A model generated the notes under the pieces. It saw only the letters and a list, made by a program, of their open reading frames with translations. It did not search any database and had not been told where the DNA came from. A DNA stretch of 64,000 nt from NCBI GenBank assembly GCA_019057475.1, contig DXJO01000007.1, positions 43,192-107,191 on the forward strand, written 5' to 3'. Origin of the DNA: Candidatus Thorarchaeota archaeon. Its GTDB lineage: Archaea > Asgardarchaeota > Thorarchaeia > Thorarchaeales > Thorarchaeaceae. The translations under genes and the position numbers were made by a program. Every line of letters begins with the position of its first letter. Position 1 is the first letter of the stretch. Positions 9,318 to 19,284 of the stretch are shown here, piece after piece.

Positions 9318-10160
9318 ATGAAGCATGAAGAGAGTGAGTACATCGGATATGATGGAACCAGAATGTTCATGCATGTCTGGCTCCCCAGTCGCGAGAGACC
9401 TCGTGCTCTGCTAGTCGCAATACACGGACTAGGCAGCCACGGAGGAGGCTTGCAGGGCATTGGTGAGTATTTCGCAGAGAAAGGTTTGGCCGTCTTCGCG
9501 CCGGACATGAGGGGCTTCGGTCACTATTCCGGTTTGAAAGGCCATGTCATGAACTTCGATGAGTTTACCGAAGACCTGCAGAACATCATCATGCAAGTCA
9601 AAGACCGTTTCCTCAACACGCTCACATTCCTCTATGGAATATCATTGGGCGGCCTCCATGTGATAAGATACGTAGCGAGATATCCAAAAATGGTCGATGG
9701 ATTGATGCTCACTTGCCCTGCAGTGTCTGAAACCCTAGATATTCCACTGGGCACGAGGATACTTGCTGAGCTGCTGTCTGTGCTGAATGTGAAGAAGTAC
9801 TTCTCAAACCTTGGCAGTCACGAAGATGGCACGCGTTCTCCCGAAGTGGTAAAAAGGCATGAAGAGGATCCTCTACGATTCGAATCTGTTACACCCCGAT
9901 TCGGCATCTCCGGCCTAAAGGCCTCCAAGGATGCATTCCATGCTGCACCACAAATTACGTTGCCAATTCTTGTTCAACAAGCAGGCGATGACAAGCTAGT
10001 GTCACCGGAGAAGAGCAAGACATTCTTTGACAATCTCAAGTCCGAGGACAAGACCTGGCGACTCTACGAAGGCCTCTATCACGAACTTCCCGAAGAGCCG
10101 GAGAAGGCCATGGTTCTAGGAGACATGAACGCTTGGCTTGAGAAGAGGCTGCCTAGATAG
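9318..10160 (+). CDS. Alpha/beta hydrolase, lysophospholipase/monoacylglycerol lipase family
   Basis: HGLGSH, DMRGFG, GISLGG nucleophile elbow, D and H triad residues. Confidence 0.9.
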   Translation: MKHEESEYIGYDGTRMFMHVWLPSRERPRALLVAIHGLGSHGGGLQGIGEYFAEKGLAVFAPDMRGFGHYSGLKGHVMNFDEFTEDLQNIIMQVKDRFLNTLTFLYGISLGGLHVIRYVARYPKMVDGLMLTCPAVSETLDIPLGTRILAELLSVLNVKKYFSNLGSHEDGTRSPEVVKRHEEDPLRFESVTPRFGISGLKASKDAFHAAPQITLPILVQQAGDDKLVSPEKSKTFFDNLKSEDKTWRLYEGLYHELPEEPEKAMVLGDMNAWLEKRLPR

Positions 10161-10213
10161 GAGTTGCACTGAGTCCACAAGACAAATAGCGGGGGAAGCA
10201 CTCTACCAGAGGG

Positions 10214-11062
10214 GTGGTCACAATGAAGACTGAAGAGAGTGAATATATTGGATATGATGGAACAAAGATGTTCCTTCGCGCCTGGCTTCCTGACGCTGAA
10301 CCGCGTGCGCTTGTGATAGGGATTCATGGACTCGGATCACACAGCGGCCTGATGTCGTTCCACGGTGAGAATTTCGCGGCGAAGGGTATGGCATTCTTCG
10401 CACCGGACCTGCGGGGTTTTGGCAACAATCCGGGTTTGAAGGGGCATGTCGAGAAATTCGATGATTACATAGAAGACATGAACAGCCTAGTTACACAGCT
10501 CAAGGACAGAATGTCGGACAAACCTACTTACATGTTTGGCCATTCTCTTGGGGGTTTGCATGTCATCAGATACGCCGCCACATATCCGGATGAGCTTGAT
10601 GGGATTATTATTCCGTGTCCTGCTGTTTCCGAGAGGTTAGAGATAAGTGCGGGGCTTAGGATCATGGCAAATCTTCTCTCCAAACTCAATATCAAGAAGA
10701 CCTTCAACAACGGTCTCAATTTCAATCTGCTTTCACGAAACCCAGAGGTTGTTAGGCGAAATCGGGAAGACCCGCTTAGAGTGGACGATGTGACTCCGCG
10801 CTTCGCCACTGAGGGACTAGCAGCTCGCGTGGAAGGAGCCAAACTGGGTCCGAAGATCACACTGCCGGTTTTAGAGCAACAAGCAGGGGATGACCTCATA
10901 CTTATTCCGGAGGAGAACAAGGCGTTCTTCGACACAATAGCCTCCTCTGACAAGACATTCAGGCTCTATCCGGGTTTCTACCATGACCCCTTCGAGGAAC
11001 CAGGCGGGGAAGAGCTCGTTGCAGACATGTTCTCCTGGCTTGAAGAGAGGCTGCCGTCGTAG
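10214..11062 (+). CDS. Alpha/beta hydrolase, lysophospholipase family (tandem paralogue)
   Basis: HGLGSH, GHSLGG; N-terminus nearly identical to the previous gene. Confidence 0.9.
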   Translation: MVTMKTEESEYIGYDGTKMFLRAWLPDAEPRALVIGIHGLGSHSGLMSFHGENFAAKGMAFFAPDLRGFGNNPGLKGHVEKFDDYIEDMNSLVTQLKDRMSDKPTYMFGHSLGGLHVIRYAATYPDELDGIIIPCPAVSERLEISAGLRIMANLLSKLNIKKTFNNGLNFNLLSRNPEVVRRNREDPLRVDDVTPRFATEGLAARVEGAKLGPKITLPVLEQQAGDDLILIPEENKAFFDTIASSDKTFRLYPGFYHDPFEEPGGEELVADMFSWLEERLPS

Positions 11063-11071
11063 CCCGTCAAG

Positions 11072-13906
11072 CTATGTGATAGTTTCGGCAGCAGCTGCAA
11101 GTTTCTCTTCCTTGTGGTGACCAAACAGAATGTGAGGCGGTATCAAAAGCGCCGGTATGCATGCAAGAATAATCACTACCCAGTCCAGCGGATTTAGCGG
11201 AACACACTGGAACAAGACCGCCACAAATGGCACGTAAATGGTAACCAGAGTCAATACAAATGAGAACATAACCGCAATCATCAGCGCCTTCGATCCGGTG
11301 ATGTGGGTCTTCCAGACAGGATGGTACTCATCCCGACAGTTCCATACGAAAAGCAGTTCAAAGAAGACAACACTTGCGAAAACTGTTGTACGTGCATGCG
11401 TTAACACATAATCCCAAGTCAAACCAGTAACACTTGACACATCTGTAGCCCAGTTCACCACGGGTCCAGTAAGACCAGGAATCCAACCACCGTAGACAGT
11501 CAGAGACCAGAAGAATGCCGTAGCTGAAGCTAGGAATGCCACAAATCCAGCCACAAGGATGAAAGACATCATGCCTCGGTCCATCATCTTTTTGCCAGGT
11601 TTCCTTGGAGGCCGATTCATCACGCCCGTCTCAGGAGGGTCGACCCCCAGAGCCAGAGCAGGAAATCCGTCAGTGGCAAGATTCAACCAGAGTATCTGAA
11701 TTGCAGTGATTGGCAAGGGCAGACCAATCATTATTATTGTGAAGATGAGGAACACCTCGTCGAAGTTGGCCGCCAGCAAAAAGCGGACGAATTTGCGGAT
11801 GTTGGAATAGATCTCCCTACCCTTCTCAACAGCTGAAACAATAGTTGCGAAATTGTCGTCAACCAGTATAACGTCAGAGGCTTCCTTCGTTACATCAGCT
11901 CCCCGTATTCCCATCGCGATTCCTACATCTGCGGCCTTTACGGCAGGAGCGTCATTGACACCGTCCCCAGTCATGGCAACGACTTGATTATGACCTTTGA
12001 GCGCCTCGACGATACGTAGTTTGTGTTCGGGAGCTACTCTTGCATAGACGCTGCATGTATCAACAATGGCGTTAAACTCCTCGTCAGTCATATCATCAAT
12101 CATGGCCCCGGTGATGACTTGACCATCACGTTCAATGAGACCGACTTCATGGGCAATGGCCCGTGCCGTGAGTTCGTGGTCGCCCGTTATCATGATTGGA
12201 CGAATTCCCGCCTTTGCGCATGTAGCCATCGCTTCAAGAACCTCATCGCGCGGTGGGTCAATCATTCCCTGAAGCCCAACAAATACAAGGTCCTTCTCTA
12301 CCTCCTCGGGTTCCCAATCGGGAATTTCGTGATCGAGGTCCCTGTAGGCGAAAGCTAAAATCCGGAGGGCCTTCGCAGCGAAACTGGCGACTGCTTCGAG
12401 GATGCTCTCGCGCTCATTCTCCTCCAATGGTCTAACAGTGCCATTCTCGTAGATGCGACTACAGAGGGACAAGAGGACCTCTGGAGCACCCTTGGAAAAC
12501 GCCGTTAGGCTTTCTTCGGGACCCTTGCAGATGGATGTCATCCTCTTCCTGGCTGAGTCGAAAGAAATCTCTGTTATCTCCGTATACGTATTCCACGTTT
12601 GATCGTATGGTACACCAGCCTTCTCCGCCACCACCAATAGAGATCCCTCGGTCGGATCGCCTACAATGGTCCAATCACCTGCGCCCGACAGATCTTTCTG
12701 AAGCAAGGCGTTGCTGCAGAGCTGACCTATCTCGATTAGCTTGATGACGTGAGGGTCTTGATGAACGTCAAACTCCTTGTCTTCTTGGAAGAACTGCCCT
12801 TCCTTGTTATACCCGACGCCTGTAACGTCGATAGTCATCCCATTGCTGAAGAAATTCGTCACTGTCATTTCATTCTTGGTGATGGTCCCTGTCTTATCAG
12901 AAGCAATGACAGTTGTAGAGCCTAGGGTTTCGACAGACGGGAGTCTACGGACAATTGCATTTCTCTGAACCATTCGCTGAACTCCGATGGCAAGCGTTAT
13001 GGTAACAACCGCAGGGAGCCCCTCGGGGATGGCCGAGACTGCAAGGGCGATTGCCGTCAGAAGCTCCTCCATCAGCCCGCCTACATTGCGAAGTATCTCT
13101 GCAGCGAAAACGATAACAACTAGTATGATCACAATGATTCCCAGCTTCTTCCCCAGGTCTTCAAGGTCATACTGGAGAGGAGTCATGTCCTTCTCGCTCT
13201 CTTGAACCATCTCGGCGATTTTGCCAAACTCAGTATTCATTCCAGTTGCTGTGACAACAGCTCGGCCCTTGCCGGACACGATGGTAGTGCCAGAGAATAC
13301 CATGTTGGTCATGTCAGCTATTATCGGGTTGTGAAGATGAATTGGGTCGTCAATCTTACGTACTGCCATCGATTCACCGGTGAGAACTGCTTCGTCTACG
13401 CCGAATCCAACAGCATAGACGACCCTGCCATCCGCAGGAACGCGGGCTCCTGACTCAAGCGCTACTACATCACCCGGGACCAATTCTTTCGAGTCGATCT
13501 CTATCCACAGGCCATCTCTCATGACAAGGGCTCGCGGTGCAGCCATCTCTTTGAGAGCCTCAAGCGCCTGCTCCGACTTATACTCCTGGACAAAACCAAA
13601 TACTGAATTGAAGACGACAATCGCAGAGATCACGATTGCGTCAATGAGCCCATGACCCCCATCATCGCCGAACATTGATGCGAAAACGGAGATGACTATG
13701 GCAACTAGAAGGATAATGACCATGGGGTCAGTGAACTGTCGCAGGAACATTCGGAGGGGGCTGATTCGGCCAATGGCGATTAGCTCATTGTACCCATGGG
13801 TCTCAAGACGTGTCTGCGCCTCGGAACTGGAGATTCCGTCCATCGTGGTGTCAAGATGTTTAATTGCGTACTCGACGTCGTTGCTGTGCCACTCATGTTC
13901 GGACAT
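11072..13906 (-). CDS. Cation-transporting P-type ATPase (P2A/Ca2+-ATPase-like)
   Basis: TGES, IPEGLP, DKTGT, KGAPE, MTGDGVNDAPA, WLNLATDG. Confidence 0.95.
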   Translation of the reverse strand: MSEHEWHSNDVEYAIKHLDTTMDGISSSEAQTRLETHGYNELIAIGRISPLRMFLRQFTDPMVIILLVAIVISVFASMFGDDGGHGLIDAIVISAIVVFNSVFGFVQEYKSEQALEALKEMAAPRALVMRDGLWIEIDSKELVPGDVVALESGARVPADGRVVYAVGFGVDEAVLTGESMAVRKIDDPIHLHNPIIADMTNMVFSGTTIVSGKGRAVVTATGMNTEFGKIAEMVQESEKDMTPLQYDLEDLGKKLGIIVIILVVIVFAAEILRNVGGLMEELLTAIALAVSAIPEGLPAVVTITLAIGVQRMVQRNAIVRRLPSVETLGSTTVIASDKTGTITKNEMTVTNFFSNGMTIDVTGVGYNKEGQFFQEDKEFDVHQDPHVIKLIEIGQLCSNALLQKDLSGAGDWTIVGDPTEGSLLVVAEKAGVPYDQTWNTYTEITEISFDSARKRMTSICKGPEESLTAFSKGAPEVLLSLCSRIYENGTVRPLEENERESILEAVASFAAKALRILAFAYRDLDHEIPDWEPEEVEKDLVFVGLQGMIDPPRDEVLEAMATCAKAGIRPIMITGDHELTARAIAHEVGLIERDGQVITGAMIDDMTDEEFNAIVDTCSVYARVAPEHKLRIVEALKGHNQVVAMTGDGVNDAPAVKAADVGIAMGIRGADVTKEASDVILVDDNFATIVSAVEKGREIYSNIRKFVRFLLAANFDEVFLIFTIIMIGLPLPITAIQILWLNLATDGFPALALGVDPPETGVMNRPPRKPGKKMMDRGMMSFILVAGFVAFLASATAFFWSLTVYGGWIPGLTGPVVNWATDVSSVTGLTWDYVLTHARTTVFASVVFFELLFVWNCRDEYHPVWKTHITGSKALMIAVMFSFVLTLVTIYVPFVAVLFQCVPLNPLDWVVIILACIPALLIPPHILFGHHKEEKLAAAAETIT

Positions 13907-14082
13907 GCTATGCGCTCCGAGGTCTAGTCAGATTGCAGACCTTTGCTAGGTGAGGTGCGGCAAATATTCGATAGAAATACCTTTCGGCATAGACTGGCCC
14001 CTTCAATCCATTCCTCTGACGAAAGGATTAAGAGATTGCCAGAACACGCAGCCGACCGGTTCCAGAAGAAAGGTGACTAGAT

Positions 14083-14679
14083 ATGAGTGAGAAGTCCAAG
14101 TTCAGCTTCAAGTGCCTTGAACAGAAATGCGACACAAAGGCATGCCACATTCGAGCGCGCATCAATGTCACCATGGGTGATATCGCAAGATGGACAAGCC
14201 AGAACTACCTTTCTCAGATCATACCTGGTATAACTCTGAGCATGCCATCCAATGAAAACGAACCTCTTGCTCTTACTACTCTTCGGAAGCCCTTGGAGAG
14301 CGACCCAGAGCAGACTGCATGCATCTTCTACCATGAGGAGTCAAACGGGTGCACAATAAGGTATTCGCGACCAATCTCCTGCAGAGCATTCCCACTTGAA
14401 TACAACGGCGAGAAGTACTTCTTGAGCGATAAGAACTGTCCCGGTGTTGGGGAAGGAGAAGTCAACAAGGACGCCTTGAAGGAGGTAAGAGACCTTGCCG
14501 AACAAGAGTACAGGGAGAAAATCGAAACGCTAGCGGCCTTGCCAGGCGTCTACTCCATCTTTATGGGAATGATGATAAGACAGTCCGCAGAGGCAATGAA
14601 GGACTTGTCAGAAGACGATAAGAAGCACATTGAAGACATCATGTCCAAACCATCGGAAGATGAGAAGCATGACGAATGA
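14083..14679 (+). CDS. YkgJ-family cysteine-cluster protein
   Basis: FKC..., CIFY...CTI...RPISCRAFP, CPG. Confidence 0.75.
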   Translation: MSEKSKFSFKCLEQKCDTKACHIRARINVTMGDIARWTSQNYLSQIIPGITLSMPSNENEPLALTTLRKPLESDPEQTACIFYHEESNGCTIRYSRPISCRAFPLEYNGEKYFLSDKNCPGVGEGEVNKDALKEVRDLAEQEYREKIETLAALPGVYSIFMGMMIRQSAEAMKDLSEDDKKHIEDIMSKPSEDEKHDE

Positions 14680-14689
14680 CCATTCAGAT

Positions 14690-15799
14690 TTATACATCAA
14701 TCTGAATTAGGTTCCTTGGCGAGTAGGTCAACACCTCAGGTCCGCCGTCCTTCACGCAAACCAGGTCTTCTACCCTGATTCCGAACTTACCTTCCAGGTA
14801 TATGCCAGGCTCAACACTGTGAGTCATGCCCACTCTGAGTTCACACGGATTCCCTCGAACGAGATAAGGCGGTTCATGTACTTCGATGCCAATACCGTGT
14901 CCCAGTCGGTGCGTGAAGTACTCGCCATATCCGGACTCTTCGATTATGCGGCGCGCAATGCCGTCGGCTTTGCCGCAGGCAAGTCCGGGGGCTATCTTCT
15001 CAATGGCAGTCTGTTCAGCCTCCAACACTACAGAGTGGACCCGGTTCTGTTCGTCCGTGGGTTCACCAACAACTCCTACTCGAGTCATGTCAGTGTTATA
15101 GCCACCTATTGAACAACCGCAATCCAAGAGAACGATATCGTGCGTAGTCAACTCTCTGAGAGAGGGATGAGCATGGGGGAGGGCACTATTCTCCCCAAAC
15201 TGAACTGCTGCGAATGTTGGCTTGGCGCCTAGACGAACTATCTCATTTTGAACTATCTGCTTCATCTCCATCTCAGCCATTCCCAGCTGTGCCTTACTGA
15301 ATGCCAGCATGACTGCGTCATCAATAATTCGCCCTGCCTTCTTGATGAGGTCAAGTTCTGCTTGACTCTTGATGAGTCGCATCTCACCAAGATAGGGAGT
15401 CAGCGATACAGCACTCTTGAACCCCCCAATAGATTTCTCAAGCGACCAGTATACGCCAAGGGGCAGACTGTTATCAAGAAGAACCGAGTAGCCTGATGTC
15501 TTTGAACTGAGTGTTTGTGAGATTAGCGAGTATGGGCTTTCCTCTTCCTCCCAAGGCAGAATCTCGTTAATCCAAGTCCCACTTGAGAGGTTGGAAACCT
15601 CAAATGCGGGAGCTATCATCTTGGGCACATCATCCGCTGTAAGAAGCAAACCAACAAGACGTTCACGCATCTCCAGATCCAGACCTGTGAGATACTGAAA
15701 GGCTGGCGAAGGCGTGAGAAACACAAAATCCGAATCAGTCTCCCGGATATGGTTTCTGATTCGATCCACTCTCTTCTGAAAGACCTTGTCTTCGAGCAT
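14690..15799 (-). CDS. Xaa-Pro peptidase (M24 family)
   Basis: HRLGHGIGIEVHEPP, EPGIY, GIRVED. Confidence 0.92.
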   Translation of the reverse strand: MLEDKVFQKRVDRIRNHIRETDSDFVFLTPSPAFQYLTGLDLEMRERLVGLLLTADDVPKMIAPAFEVSNLSSGTWINEILPWEEEESPYSLISQTLSSKTSGYSVLLDNSLPLGVYWSLEKSIGGFKSAVSLTPYLGEMRLIKSQAELDLIKKAGRIIDDAVMLAFSKAQLGMAEMEMKQIVQNEIVRLGAKPTFAAVQFGENSALPHAHPSLRELTTHDIVLLDCGCSIGGYNTDMTRVGVVGEPTDEQNRVHSVVLEAEQTAIEKIAPGLACGKADGIARRIIEESGYGEYFTHRLGHGIGIEVHEPPYLVRGNPCELRVGMTHSVEPGIYLEGKFGIRVEDLVCVKDGGPEVLTYSPRNLIQIDV

Positions 15800-15902
15800 A
15801 TATCAGCTCTCTCTACGCTTCACACGAGAAGTGACCAAGCAGATAATGCTGACGGTCTGTATCTTCAAGCTGGTTTCCTAAGACCTAGAGTTAATAGGGG
15901 AG

Positions 15903-17279
15903 ATGTCTGACCGAGGGTCTACTTCGGGAAGGTTACTCATGGAGCAGGATGCAACTCAACAACGCACCAAGAAGCTTCCGCCAAGAGCATACCTCCTAGG
16001 ATCGCTGCTGAGTTCTGCTCAGGGCATGTATGCTCCGTTCATGATGACATACTTGATTGACATGAATGCCAGTTTTACTGAGTTGGGAGCTTTCCGCAGC
16101 GTGGGCAACATTGCGCCTGCCATACTGCAGCCAGCATGGGGCGCTGGTTCTGACAAGGTAGGGCACAGGAACCTATTCGTGGCGTTTGGTAGTCTAACTG
16201 GGCTTCTCACGGTGTATCTGTTCCTCTGGGCCAAGACACCATTTGAGATGATTATCCTTTACGCAATTCAATCCATGCTTTTCAGCATTCAAATACCAAC
16301 TTGGCTCTCCCTTGTGGGCAGCTTCATTGATGAAGACAAGAGAGGCAATGAACTAGGGCGTCTCGAAATGATCACTCGATTGACCGCTCTTGTCGCCACG
16401 TTAGTGTCCGGATTCCTCATCGGACTAGAGGGCATGGTCACCTTGCTACGAAATACGCTGGGCGGAGTGGGAGTTATTCTTTTGCCCCCATCAGAAGCAC
16501 TGGGTGAGCCATACTACCTTTCGTTTTATCTTACTGCCATTCTGGGTATCGTAGCTGCGCTGATTTCAATCACAATCCATGAGAAGCCACTTGACAAGGT
16601 CAAGAAGAGAGAGTTTCCACCAATCATCCGGTTACTCAGGAAACCCGGAGACTTTAGGAGATTTTGTCTTGTCACCATATTATTCTCATTTGCCATGGCC
16701 ATGTCGTGGCCGTATTTCACCGTGATTCTGTATGGTAGGCTAGGGGCTACACATTTTGGTGTAGGAATTGCATCAGCAATAATGGCCCTAAGCGTCATTG
16801 TATTTACCGTTCCATTTGGACGCCTCAGTGACCGAATAGGTAGAAAACCCCTAATCGTCTTTGGGCGCGGCATTCTCTTCCTTGTTCCATTACTCTATGC
16901 CTTCGCACCGAATGTATACTGGATTTATGCAGCCAACACAATTGCAGGTATCTCCATGGCGTCATCATGGAATGCACTCACAGCATACATCTATGACATT
17001 GCACCGGAGGAAGAAAGAGGGGCGCATTTGTCGGTCTACAATATGTTCATTGGAATTGTCTTTCTTTCAGGCTCGCTTGTAGCGGGAGTGCTCGGTGACG
17101 TCATTGGGGTTTTCATGGAGGAATACGCAGTCGCATTCACGATGCTAGTGGCAAGCGGAGTGCTAAGGTTTGTGGCTTCATTTTTCTACCTGCTGCTCCG
17201 AGAGCCTCGGGACTACACATCCAACTTCTGGGCAGAACTGAGAGGATTTGTTCACAGGGAGAGACTTGATTATCCGTAG
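15903..17279 (+). CDS. MFS transporter
   Basis: GRLSDRIGRK motif A; about 12 TM segments. Confidence 0.88.
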   Translation: MSDRGSTSGRLLMEQDATQQRTKKLPPRAYLLGSLLSSAQGMYAPFMMTYLIDMNASFTELGAFRSVGNIAPAILQPAWGAGSDKVGHRNLFVAFGSLTGLLTVYLFLWAKTPFEMIILYAIQSMLFSIQIPTWLSLVGSFIDEDKRGNELGRLEMITRLTALVATLVSGFLIGLEGMVTLLRNTLGGVGVILLPPSEALGEPYYLSFYLTAILGIVAALISITIHEKPLDKVKKREFPPIIRLLRKPGDFRRFCLVTILFSFAMAMSWPYFTVILYGRLGATHFGVGIASAIMALSVIVFTVPFGRLSDRIGRKPLIVFGRGILFLVPLLYAFAPNVYWIYAANTIAGISMASSWNALTAYIYDIAPEEERGAHLSVYNMFIGIVFLSGSLVAGVLGDVIGVFMEEYAVAFTMLVASGVLRFVASFFYLLLREPRDYTSNFWAELRGFVHRERLDYP

Positions 17280-17381
17280 GCTTATTAGGAGACGGAAAAG
17301 TACTTAGTGTCACTATGTACTGCCCGGTTACAGGACTAGCGAGAATATGTTGATAAGAACCTGTGTTTAAACACTAGAGGA

Positions 17382-17744
17382 TTGTGGGAATTGAGGAAGG
17401 CGCCAAGCTTCGAAGACAGTTGGAAGGTCGAGATTAGGAGAGGAATTCTTCAATATGCAATTCTAGTCATTGTCAGTCGGCACAAAGATGATGGCATTCA
17501 CGGATATGGAATAGCTCGCGAATTGGAAAAGAAAACGGACGGTCTTCTTGAAGTTAAAGAAGGAACGTTGTACCCCATCCTGCATAGACTTCGCAAGGAG
17601 AGGCTCTTGAACGTCAGAACAGAGAAATCAGAAGCTGGACCGGTTCGTAAGGTGTATGTATTGACAGGGGACGGTGATCGGGTCTATCGGGAACTCACGC
17701 GTATTCTTGGTAGCATTTATGAAAAGTTGGAGGCTTTGCGTTGA
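17382..17744 (+). CDS. PadR-family transcriptional regulator
   Basis: RRGIL..., HGYGI, EGTLYPILHRL, RKVYVLT. Confidence 0.9.
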   Translation: MWELRKAPSFEDSWKVEIRRGILQYAILVIVSRHKDDGIHGYGIARELEKKTDGLLEVKEGTLYPILHRLRKERLLNVRTEKSEAGPVRKVYVLTGDGDRVYRELTRILGSIYEKLEALR

Positions 17745-18208
17745 GTATGAGAGAGATTGCGGAGATTGTTGAGGACTACCTCAAGAGTGTTGGTCGAGTC
17801 CTGCCGTCAGGTTTTGAAACTGAAGACATGCTCGAGGAACTCGAGATACACATTGACGAAGCTTTTCAAGAGAAGGTTCAAAAAAACCCTCAGGCCAGCA
17901 AAGTCGATCTCTTGAGAGAGGTGTTGAACGATCTGGGTGAGCCAAAGGAGATAGCTGAGGAGTTCAAAAGAACTGGCATTCATCTTCAGGAGCAGGAGGA
18001 ATACAAAAAGAGAATATTCCGGCTGGTGGTGCGATTCATCATCAACATGGTTGTGGTTGTTGCTGCATCATGGTTCGTGTCAAACCTCCCCGATGCTGGG
18101 ATATCCTTCTATTGGGCACTTGGTGTGCTTCTTGTGTTTGGTCTTTTTGAGTGGTTCATCCGAGTTTGGCAGATGCGAGAAGCTGGTCGGATAGATGTAC
18201 AAAACTAG
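17741..18208 (+). CDS. PadR-associated membrane protein (HAAS/DUF1700-like N-terminus plus 2 TM)
   Basis: ELEIHIDE...LGEPKEIAEEF; overlaps the padR stop. Confidence 0.75.
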   Translation: MSMREIAEIVEDYLKSVGRVLPSGFETEDMLEELEIHIDEAFQEKVQKNPQASKVDLLREVLNDLGEPKEIAEEFKRTGIHLQEQEEYKKRIFRLVVRFIINMVVVVAASWFVSNLPDAGISFYWALGVLLVFGLFEWFIRVWQMREAGRIDVQN

Positions 18209-18223
18209 GAGATAGCAGCGAAC

Positions 18224-19261
18224 CTAATCGAAGACCTCTACAAAGCTCTCCAAGTACTTCTTCTGTTCCTTAGTGGGCTTTTTGGGAATGTGGATCTTGA
18301 CTCGCACCCGCTGGTCACCTTGTCGCCCATCTTGGGCATGCACGCCTTTTCCCCTCAGGCGAAGAATCGTGCCACCCTTTGTGCCCTTCTTGATCTTCAT
18401 CTTGCTTGTGCCCCACATCGTAGGTACATCAACATCGCCCCCGAGTACCGCCACCGAGAAGGGTATGTCCATCTCCATGTAGACATGCAACCCACGACGC
18501 ACGAATTGCTTGTGGCGCTTAACTGAGAATATCACGATCAGATCGCCATTGAGGCCGCCACGTGCTCCCGCATCTCCACCGCCCTGAATACGCTGACCCA
18601 TGCTATCCTCTACACCAGGTGGTATTGGAACTGTGATCTCCATTCGTTTCGATTGTAGCCCGGTTCCGCGGCACGTCTTGCATGGGCTGTCGATAATCTC
18701 TCCAAGACCTCTGCAGCTTGGGCAAGTTTGTGCTACCGTCATGAATCCTCCCATGGACCGCATGACTTGGCCTTGACCTTGGCACGTAGGACATCTTTTG
18801 GGGGTGGTCCCAGGTTGGGCACCTGAAGCGCCACAGGTTTCACACCGCTCCTTTCGTTTGAATGCGATTTCCTTTTCGGTGCCAAAGAACGCCTCTTCAA
18901 AGGTGAGCCGTATCGTTATCCTGAGAGTCCTGCCCGGTGGCGGTCCGGCTCGGCCTCTCTGGCCAAAACCACCAAAGCCTCCAAATCCTCGGAATATCTG
19001 GCTGAACAGGTCGCCAAAACCTTCCATGTTGATGCTCTGGAAGTCTGCAGTACCGTACCGATCGTAGTTTGAGCGCTTCTCAGGATCACTCAGAACAGTG
19101 TAGGCTTCATTGATACGTTTCAGCTTTTCTTCGGATTCTTTGCTGTCGGGATTCCTGTCGGGGTGATGTTTCTTGGCTAGATTCCGGTAAGCCCGTTTGA
19201 TTTCATCTTGGGTGCTACTCTTGCTGACACCCAAAATGTTGTAGTAATCATTCTCAGCCAA
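18224..19261 (-). CDS. dnaJ: Chaperone DnaJ
   Basis: J domain with HPD; four CxxCxxxG zinc-finger repeats. Confidence 0.97.
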   Translation of the reverse strand: MAENDYYNILGVSKSSTQDEIKRAYRNLAKKHHPDRNPDSKESEEKLKRINEAYTVLSDPEKRSNYDRYGTADFQSINMEGFGDLFSQIFRGFGGFGGFGQRGRAGPPPGRTLRITIRLTFEEAFFGTEKEIAFKRKERCETCGASGAQPGTTPKRCPTCQGQGQVMRSMGGFMTVAQTCPSCRGLGEIIDSPCKTCRGTGLQSKRMEITVPIPPGVEDSMGQRIQGGGDAGARGGLNGDLIVIFSVKRHKQFVRRGLHVYMEMDIPFSVAVLGGDVDVPTMWGTSKMKIKKGTKGGTILRLRGKGVHAQDGRQGDQRVRVKIHIPKKPTKEQKKYLESFVEVFD

Positions 19262-19284
19262 TCTACGTCACCCAAACAAGGATT

